Shown here: piece by piece, positions 1 to 9,262 of the stretch
How positions within the stretch are numbered: position 1 is the stretch's first letter
Layout: the number at the start of each line of letters is the position of its first letter
Source: Podarcis bocagei
Lineage: Eukaryota
Assembly: GCA_964188305.1 (NCBI GenBank)
Contig: OZ076885.1
Strand: one strand, 5' to 3'
Length of the DNA stretch: 64,000 nt
The notes under the pieces: generated by a model
The model's database searches: none
What the model saw: only the letters and a program-made list of their open reading frames with translations
What the model was told of the DNA's origin: nothing
Made by a program: the position numbers and the translations under genes

Positions 1-417
1 GGTTTCCTTGGAATGAGGTACAGTGGAGTCTGGGATGTCTTTATGATATATGGGTGTTTTTTTACACATATATACAACCTGAGCCTAAGACGGATGGGCT
101 CACAGCATTAATACCCAAGAAGGTCTGACTTCTTCCCTAGGCATAGCCTTGGATTCAAGCAGAAATCAAGCATAGCCTGCAGCTTCTACCTCACATATGG
201 AACTCAGCTCTTTGTCTTTCTAACTAAGAGACAGTTGGAGGGGGGAACCCATTTGTCCTCTGGCGCAGACCATTCCCTTTGTTACCTTAACAACCCATAC
301 TTGGGCCATTAACAAGAAACTTGCCTGGCTATTCCAGTGATTTGAATCCCTGCTGGATCCAGGAATTGGAAGGAACTCAGACATACAGCCTACCCCCCAC
401 CACCCAAACTCACAACA
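1..417 (-). mobile_element. LTR-like (solo-LTR) fragment, related to 11974-12401
   Basis: Reverse complement starts TGTTGTG and shares GAATCCAAGGCT, TGTATATATGTGTAAA and CCTCATTCCAA..GGAAAC with the second copy. Confidence 0.5.
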
Positions 418-513
418 ATATGTAGCTGCAAAGATCGCAATGATTATTTGTGAAATAAATAGTACACACACAAAATAAGTCCATGGAAGTTATTTCAAAT
501 ATGTCTGCCTTAC

Positions 514-609
514 CACTTGTTATGAGCTGTCCATTTACATTACAGAAGCATGGTGTGGTTCTCATTTCTGATTTTGCTGGTGAGATGGGGAGAGCCACTG
601 TAGTTTTCC
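514..609 (-). CDS. Ovomucin-like exon [31 protein letters not shown]
   Basis: TTTTAG acceptor, GTAAG donor, 96 bp; TPCFC..NGQLI resembles ovomucin-alpha post-D3 region (from memory). Confidence 0.72.
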
Positions 610-3600
610 CTAAAACAATAAGAAGCATGGGACATCCAGTTTCTTACTGAACATTTGACACCTTTCCAAAATAAACAGCAGCAGCCATAGTTGGCAAATG
701 GCACTGACATTGAACAACATATTCCCTTCCCCTTACACACACCATGAGCAAGGAGTGGGATCCCACCATATTTAATCTGACATCCTCCTCTTGCCCACAC
801 ACTCCTGTTGTCTATCTCAACAGGAATGTCCTGTTTTTCTTTATCTCAGGATGTGTGAGAAAGAGAGTTGTGCACACACACTACTATTGCCACCTGATTG
901 AATGAGAGGGAGAGTGACCAATATGCCCCCACCACTGTGAATCTACTACAAACTGGGCATTGTGACCTGTTGCTAATGTTGCCTGGTCATTGAAAGACTG
1001 GTCATTATGACCTCATGCTTATGCTGCCTGCCAGGAGACTGGCTGACCCATGTGCCCTCATACTGATGTTACCCAACCAAAGGAAAAACCGGACAACTTG
1101 CCCTCCCAATGCTACTGCACACCTGAAGGAGGCAGCGACTTATATACCTGCATATAACTGTCCACTTTAATGAGAATTAAATGAGTTTGCAGGGCAGCAG
1201 TTGAAGAAGGAGCAAAAAGGGTTTTCTTGTGTGTGTGTGTTTCTTGTGGCTGATTAGCTCTTTTCCCTGTGTAAAGGTCAGAGGGGGCAGGGTTTCTGTT
1301 GAGGCAGGGGATTAGCTGTGGGAGGAGCTTATCAGAGTTTGCAGGGCAGCAGTTGAAGAAGGAGCAAAAAGGGTTTTCTTGTGTGTGTGTGTTTCTTGTG
1401 GCTGATTAGCTGTTTTCCCTGTGTAAAGGTCAGAGGGGGCAGGGTTTCTGTTGAGGCAGGGGATTAACTGTGGGAGGAGCTTATCAGAGTTTGTAGGGCA
1501 GCAGTTGAAGAAGGAGCAAAAAGGGTTTTCTTGTGTGTGTGTGTTTCTTGTGGCTGATTAGCTGTTTTCCCTGTGTAAAGGTCAGAGGGGGCAGGGTTTC
1601 TGTTGAGGCAGGGGATTAGCTGTGGGAGGAGCTTATCAGAGTTTGTAGGGCAGTGGCGCGCGCCTAGCGGCGCGTGCAGTTATATCCATCTTTTAGATTT
1701 AGGGGAGCTAGTCTCAAACGTTTGTTGGGGGAGACCTAGGTTTTTTTTGTGGGCGAAGTTATTTGTCCTGTCTTCAAGCTTTTTATGATGGAGGACCTCT
1801 GTAGCCACCCCCAACAACACGATCTCAAGATGGAAGGGGAGGGAACAGCTGCAGTCGCCTGCGATTCCTGCGCAATGTTTGCCATCTTGCCAAAGGTTGC
1901 AGGCAGCTTCACCTGCAGCAATTGCATGTTGATTGCCCTTTTATTTTATTTTTTTTAAGTATTTTTATTGGGTTTTCACATTTTATATAAACACAAACAA
2001 CACACATAACACCCAAACAAACATAAAAAACGACAAACATGAATAGTTCCCGAAAATCTTATTTTCTAACCCTAGTCCTTGACTTCCCCCCACCCCCTCC
2101 CCTGCATCCCTGTTCCCAAATTTGTGTCAGCAAGTTGGCATTTCTTCCGTCTTAGTATTAGTCCTTTTATAAAAAACAAAAATAAATTTTCCCTAAGTTG
2201 GACCCAATTCTCTTCCCTCGATTTCTCATTTTTTCTTACATAATTTTCTTATTACTAAACCCCCTGGTCTTGAGTGTTGTTTAAATTTAAGTACTTCCCT
2301 CCCTCCCATCCCCGCTTTGCGTCCTTTCCCAAGACATGTCCAAAATAACAGTTTTTAGCCTGGATTCCGCACATCCGAGGCTCTCAAATCTCTTTCAGTC
2401 CCTCTCCGCCAATTTTGTTGGTAGTCCTTTTTGTCTATCATCGAGTCTCGAAAGATTTCCTTAACCATCAATCCAATCAGTCCATAGTCTCTTCCCATAT
2501 TTAAAGGCAACTGCTGAGGAATTTCCACAAGGCCTAAGTCTTGGTGATAGTCAAAATCGAAGTCTATGTGGAGGCCCCAATTGTACTTCTTTATTTCGAG
2601 TTCCTGAATTCCATAAAGTCCCAGGGCCTCCACTTTCGTCTTCTGTATCTTTCGTAGGCTTAAAGTAGATTTAATCCAATAGTCTCCTTGCTTGTGTTCT
2701 CCAGATGTCGGCTTCTGGTTAGTATTTTCCCAGATAACTTGTTCTCTTTCTTGTTTTGTCTTCTCCTCTTCTTTGTTTATAGTTTCGAATTCAGCTGTGG
2801 GTTCTTTCTCACTCAGGCCCTCATTACATTCAGCAGAGCTACTTGTTTCCAAATCCAAGGTCGTCAATTGTTTACTCATAGCTGTAGTCTGCTCCTGTAA
2901 GGTTCCCACCAGTGAAAACATCCTTTCGATTTCTCTCAGTATCTTTCCACCCACAGCCATTGTAATTCCACAGAATTCCCCCTAGAGGGAATCTGGTTAC
3001 TGAGTAATCTTTTCTCCAACAATCCTCTGTCCTATTATTGTTTCTTTGTTTCCCAAAATTTTAGTTCAATTGTAACTCCTTTTAATCCGGAGAGGTCTTA
3101 AACGGCGATTTTTTTTCACTATTAATAGTCCATTTGACAGCTTTTGACAGCTGTCAAATTCTGCTCCTCTATACAGGCTCCAAAGCAGGTCGCTCCCGGG
3201 CCCGGGAGGGAGGGTTGTTTGCCACAAAACAAAGACTCTTCCAACACTCCACTCTCCTGCTCAAATTTACCTTTCTAAATCTTGGAAGTTACTGTCTTTT
3301 TAAAACTCACCCTTTACAGGGTAGGCACTCCAGCTTAGCTCTTATTTCGTTGCTCTGGATCGTCTGCAAGGGGGGGTGTGGGGACTTCCTTTTGGCACAC
3401 CCCCCGGTCGTCTCAAATTCAGAAGGTAAAAATTTTAAAGTTCAGTTCCAAATTACTCACGGGTTCTTTTTTCAGTCCGAATTTCAAGGAAGGAAGTCAG
3501 CGCTCTCCAGTTATGGCTCGCGGCTTCGCTCAGCGGCGGTAGCGGTCGACTCTCAGTGCCACGCCGTCCCCTGTATCCCCTCCGTAGCCTTTAAAAAGGC

Positions 3601-6600
3601 TCATTGCGAATCAGGGGGGGGCGCTTAAGGCACCCGCCGAGTCTTCAGTCCGCAGGCTTCTGCGCCTGCGGTTTTTAAGGGTCCCCGTGTCGCCGGCACG
3701 GCAAAGACCCATCCACCGCTGAGCCGATTCCCTCCGGAGCTCGGAGGGAATCCGCCATTTCCCGATCGCGTGTTGATTGCCCTTTTAAAAGACAAAGTCC
3801 AGCAACTGGAGGAACGTGTAGCTACGCTCCAAAGAATTAGAGAGCTGGAGCTCTTCTTGGAAGCAACAGAGCACACCGTCCCCACCAAGGAGGAGACAGG
3901 GGACTCCCCTGAGAAGGAGGCTAGTTCATCAACACAGGAGCCAGATATATGGAGAAACGTGACTCAAAGAAGTAGGAGGCCCAGGGTTCACTCTGATTGT
4001 TTAGAAATACACAATCGCTTTGAGGTCCTCTCCCCTAGCATGGAAGATGAAGAGCAGACTCCATTTGAGGATCTCTCCCTCATTACAGTCGATCAGGTAT
4101 ATGAAGACGAGCAGCAAAGTCAGTCCTCAGGGAATGTGCAGGCGACCTTGGAACGGACAGCTCACGGAAGAACCCCGACCAAACCCAAGAGGAGGCGTGT
4201 AGTGGTGATAGGGGATTCCCTACTGAGGGGAACAGAAGCAGTGATCTGTGGGCCTGACAAGATGTCTCGGGAAGTGTGCTGTCTCCCCGGGGCTAAGATC
4301 CAAGATGTAACTGAACGACTGCAAGGAATCATAAAACCCACTGACAAATACCCCTTCCTCTTGGTTCATGTGGGAACCAATGACACTGCAAGCAATAGCC
4401 TCCAGAAGATCAAAAGAGACTACGAGGCTCTCGGCAGGAAATTGAAGCAACTAAATGCACAAATTGTCATCTCGTCTGTCCTCCCAGTTGAACGACGTGG
4501 CCCAGGGAGAGAGGGGAAAATAGTGGAAGTGAACAGCTGGCTTCGCAAATGGTGTAAACAGGAACGGTTTGGATTCTTAGATCACGGACTGCAGTTTCTT
4601 GAAGATGGACTTCTGGCAAGTGATGGGCTGCACCTCACAACGGTTGGGAGGAATGTTTTTGCCAAAAATCTCAGAAACCTCATCAGGAGGGCTTTAAACT
4701 GACTAATGTGGGGGAGGGAGACAGTGCTCCTGAAGGTAGGAGTCTATCAATTAATGAAGATGATCATCCAAATGTCATAGACCAAATGGAGCAAACAGCA
4801 CGCGGACCTAGTGGTGGGAGGAAAAAATCCTTAAATAAGAGACACGGGGGAATGATTAATGGACTTCAATGTCTGTACACTAATGCGCAAAGCATGGGAA
4901 ATAAACAAGATGAGCTTGAGCTCTTGGTACAGCAAACTAAATATGACATAATAGGCATCACTGAAACCTGGTGGGATAAGTCCCACGATTGGAATGTAAT
5001 AATGGGGGGATACAATCTATTTCAGAGAAACAGACCAGACAAGAAAGGAGGAGGAGTGGCGTTATATGTCAGGGATGTGTATACCTGTGAAGAGATCCAA
5101 GATTTAGAACCTCAAAGCCAATGTGAGAGCATTTGGGTCAAAATTAAGGGAGAGAAGAATAACAGAGACCTCATTGTGGGAGTTTACTATAGATCCCCAA
5201 GCCAAACGGAGGACATAGATGATGCCTTCCTGGAACAGATGGCCAAGCATGCAAAAGGAAGGGAGATAGTAGTAATGGGGGACTTCAATTACCCGGATAT
5301 TTGTTGGACGTCAAACTCAGCCAAGAGCATAAGGTCAAACAGATTCCTCACTGGCCTTGCAGACAACTTCATTGTCCAGAAAGTGGGAGAAGCAACAAGA
5401 GGAACAGCCATTTTAGATCTGGTCCTAACCAATGTTGATGACCTGGTTAGTGGGGTAGAAGTGGAAGGATCATTAGGCGCGAGTGATCATGCTCTTCTGA
5501 AGTTTACTATACAGCGGAAAGGAGCAGCCAAGCATACTAGGACTCAATTTCTTGACTTTAAGAAAGCCGACTTCATAAAACTTAGGGAAGTGCTGGGTGA
5601 GATCCCATGGACAGCAATACTAAAAGGAAAGGGAGTTCATGATGGCTGGGAGTTTGTTAAGAGGGAGATAGTAAAAGCACAACGTCAGGCAATACCAATG
5701 AGACGGAAACATGGAAGGTGCCTAAAGAAGCCAGGGTGGCTATCTAAAGAACTTTTAACTGAATTAAGATTAAAAAAGGATGTGTACAAAAAATGGAAAA
5801 GGGGGGAAACCACCAAAGAGGAATTCAAACAAATAGCCAGAACGTGTAGACACAAAGTCAGAAAAGCTAAAGCACAGAATGAACTCAGGCTTGCTAGAGA
5901 GGTTAAAAGCAACAAAAAAGGCTTTTATGGGTATGTTCGTAGCAAAAGGAAGAACAAAGAAACAGTGGGGTCACTCAGAGGAGAAGATGGTGAAATGCAA
6001 ACAGGGGACACAGAAAGGGCTGAACTCCTCAATGCCTTCTTTGCCTCAGTCTTCTCCGATAAAGAAAACAATGCCCGACCTGAAGAATTTGGAGCAAATG
6101 ATTCAGCAAAGGAAACACAGCCCAGAATAACTAAGGAGACAGTACAAGAATATTTGGCTAGTTTAGATGTATTCAAGTCTCCAGGGCCAGATGAACTGCA
6201 TCCAAGAGTATTAAAAGAACTGGCAGATGTGATCTCAGAACCACTGGCAGTCATCTTCGAGAAATCCTGGAGAACAGGCGAAGTCCCGGCAGACTGGAGG
6301 AGGGCAAATGTTGTCCCTATTTTCAAAAAGGGGAAAAGAGAGGACCCAAATAATTACCGCCCAGTCAGTCTGACATCAATAGCAGGGAAGATTCTGGAGC
6401 AGATCATTAAGCAAACAGTCTGTGAGCACCTAGAAAGGAATGCTGTGATCACCAATAGTCAGCATGGATTTCTGAAAAATAAGTCATGTCAGACTAACCT
6501 GATCTCATTTTTTGACAGAATTACAAGCCTGGTAGATGAAGGGAACTCAGTGGATATAGCCTATCTTGATTTCAGCAAGGCATTTGACAAGGTGCCCCAT

Positions 6601-9187
6601 GATATTCTTGTAAAGAAGCTGGTAAAATGCGGTCTTGACTCTGCTACCACTCAGTGGATTTGTAACTGGCTGACTGACCGAACCCAAAGGGTGCTCATCA
6701 ATGGTTCCTCTTCATCCTGGAGAAGAGTGACTAGTGGGGTGCCACAGGGTTCTGTCTTGGGCCCGGTCTTATTTAACATCTTTATCAACGACTTGGCTGA
6801 TGGACTCAAGGGCATCCTGATCAAATTTGCAGATGACACCAAACTGGGAGGGGTGGCTAACACCCCAGAGGACAGGATCACACTTCAAAACGACCTTGAC
6901 AGATTAGAGAACTGGGCAAAAACAAACAAAATGAATTTTAACAGGGAGAAATGTAAAGTATTGCACTTGGGCAAAAAAAATGAGAGGCACAAATACAAGA
7001 TGGGTGACACCTGGCTTGAGAGCAGTACATGTGAAAAGGACCTAGGAGTCTTGGTTGACCACAAACTTGACATGAGCCAACAGTGTGACGCGGCAGCTAA
7101 AAAAGCCAATGCAATCCTGGGCTGCATCAATAGGAGTATAGCATCTAGATCAAGGGAAGTAATAGTGCCACTGTATTCTGCTCTGGTCAGACCACACCTG
7201 GAGTACTGTGTCCAGTTCTGGGCACCACAATTCAAGAAGGACACTGACAAACTGGAACGTGTCCAGAGGAGGGCAACCAAAATGGTCAAAGGCCTGGAAA
7301 CGATGCCTTATGAGGAACGGCTAAGGGAGCTGGGCATGTTTAGCCTGGAGAAGAGGAGGTTAAGGGGTGATATGATAGCCATGTTCAAATATATAAAAGG
7401 ATGTCACATAGAGGAGGGAGAAAGGTTGTTTTCTGCTGCTCCAGAGAAGCGGGCACGGAGCAATGGATCCAAACTACAAGAAAGAAGATTCCACCTAAAC
7501 ATTAGGAAGAACTTCCTGACAGTAAGAGCTGTTTGACAGTGGAATTTGCTGCCAAGGAGTGTGGTGGAGTCTCCTACTTTGGAGGTCTTTAAGCAGAGGC
7601 TTGACAACCATATGTCAGGAGTGCTCTGATGGTGTTTCCTGCTTGGCAGGGGGTTGGACTCGATGGCCCTTGTGGTCTCTTCCAACTCTATGATTCTATG
7701 ATTCTATGATTCTATGATTAATTGTTCCCTTTGTGGCACATATGCAAGATGAAAATATTTTGTAAGTATTCTTCTCAGATTTATAATAAGATCATTTCAT
7801 TTTTTGATGTCCGTGTGCAAATTGGTCAGCATTTGATCTTACTCTGGCATGGACCCAAAGCCATCTTCCTTTCAAGTAGTTCCTCAGTTGTCAGCATTCA
7901 AATGTCAATGTTAACTTTTAGTACAGACATAGGCAAACTCGGCCCTCCAGATGTTTTGAGACTACAACTCCTATCATCCCTAGCTAACAGGACCAGTGGT
8001 CAGGGATGATGGGAGTTGTAGTCCCAAACCATCAGGCGGGCCAAGTTTGCCTATGCCTGTTTTAGTATAACGATCATCATTTTTACTGATGCTGCTGTGT
8101 ATATTGTTATTGTAATTATTTATTGATTTCATTTATGAATCACCTCCTACAAGGCATCCCAAAGTGATTTACCGTACAATACAGTAAAAACAGACATAGA
8201 ACAATTGAATATATTAATTTCACTTCTCTGCCCAGACACACCCCACTATGCGTTTTTGACCTTTTAAAATCCCACACATCTTCACCTGCTCTTGGCTTTA
8301 AAGGGCCAACAATTTCCCCGCCTTGAGGCGTGATCTCCAAGCCATGCCCTGCTGTTTCGAATATATTATGCAGGTTAGTGCTTTGAAGTAATCCACACGC
8401 TACTTTCTTATCAACGGATGTATAGCCAAGAATTCTCTTTATATTAGGCTTGTAATGAAATTGAGACCTACAAAGCTAACAAAACCCAGATTAACTCAAC
8501 AAATACTCATTCAGCCTTGCTTCTTCTTCCTGATGAGTAGCAAAATTATTGGATGCAGCTCTACCATTTGTGCCTAATCTAATGTCAAAAAAAACTAACG
8601 AAATGCCATCAGGACTTCCCCACCTCCTTCCATCCACTCCCTAAATCTGTTCTTAGGGTTCCCCCAATTCTCCATGACTGATTTGGTGAGGGTGCAGGAC
8701 ACACATCAAGGGAGAGAAGGGAAGTCCCATTGCACAGGTAGAAGTCCTTGTGTTGATGAGACACATTAGTTGGATACCACCCACGGTGTGAGTCATTGAT
8801 GAGACCAAAAGAAATAACGTTCTCTATGCTCAAGAAGAACTAGGTGTTAAGTCAAGAACTCCTTGGCTAACTTCAAGGAAGACTATGGATATATAGTTGA
8901 TTCAGTGTCTCTCTCAAAGTTCCCAGATGCTGGTCTCCACACACTGCACAATCTTAAACTTTGCACATTTGAGTGGAGTTTCCAGCAAAGATTTGACAGG
9001 GCTCCTTGCTGCTAATGTAGATGTCTCTCGAAGACCTTGTATGTTGACAGGCCTATTCAGTTGTTTAAACCTTTTCAAGATGAGCCAGTCACTTTTATGA
9101 TTATTTTGCATTGTTTTTATGGTATTTTATGCTTTATCTTACTTCCATATTTTGTTGTACACCACCTTGATATTTTATATGAGGGGT

Positions 9188-9262
<75 letters not shown>

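Larger units (their letters stand above)
1830..4702 (+). pseudogene. CR1 ORF1 (CxxC..CxxC zinc finger, leucine zipper, SGNH/GDSL esterase), split by the insertion: 1830-1943 joined to 3788-4702
   Basis: CDSC/CSNC before the insertion; [28 protein letters not shown] after it; removing the insert plus one TSD copy restores one frame. Confidence 0.9.
1183..7719 (+). mobile_element. Full-length CR1 LINE (5' monomers, ORF1, ORF2, 3' hairpin and (ATTCTATG)n tail), interrupted by a nested insertion
   Basis: Esterase-type ORF1, APE+RT ORF2, tail CTCTATGATTCTATGATTCTATGATTCTATGATT at ~7686-7719. Confidence 0.95.

Noticed and set aside
540-800. Cys-rich 86-aa ORF as a mucin exon
   Set aside because: No mucin cysteine pattern; the only donor would leave a ~35-bp intron before exon 514-609.
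1176-1180. ATTAA as CR1 target-site duplication (also 7717-7721)
   Set aside because: Only 5 bp, AT-rich and overlapping the tail; could be chance.
1183-1653. Tandem repeats as a CRISPR-like array
   Set aside because: No unique spacers, 152-bp head-to-tail units, eukaryotic LINE context.
3134-3628. 164-aa plus-strand ORF
   Set aside because: Non-ATG start, antisense to the nested element's GC-rich leader, no motifs.
5685-7289. Minus-strand ORFs within CR1
   Set aside because: Antisense shadows of ORF2.
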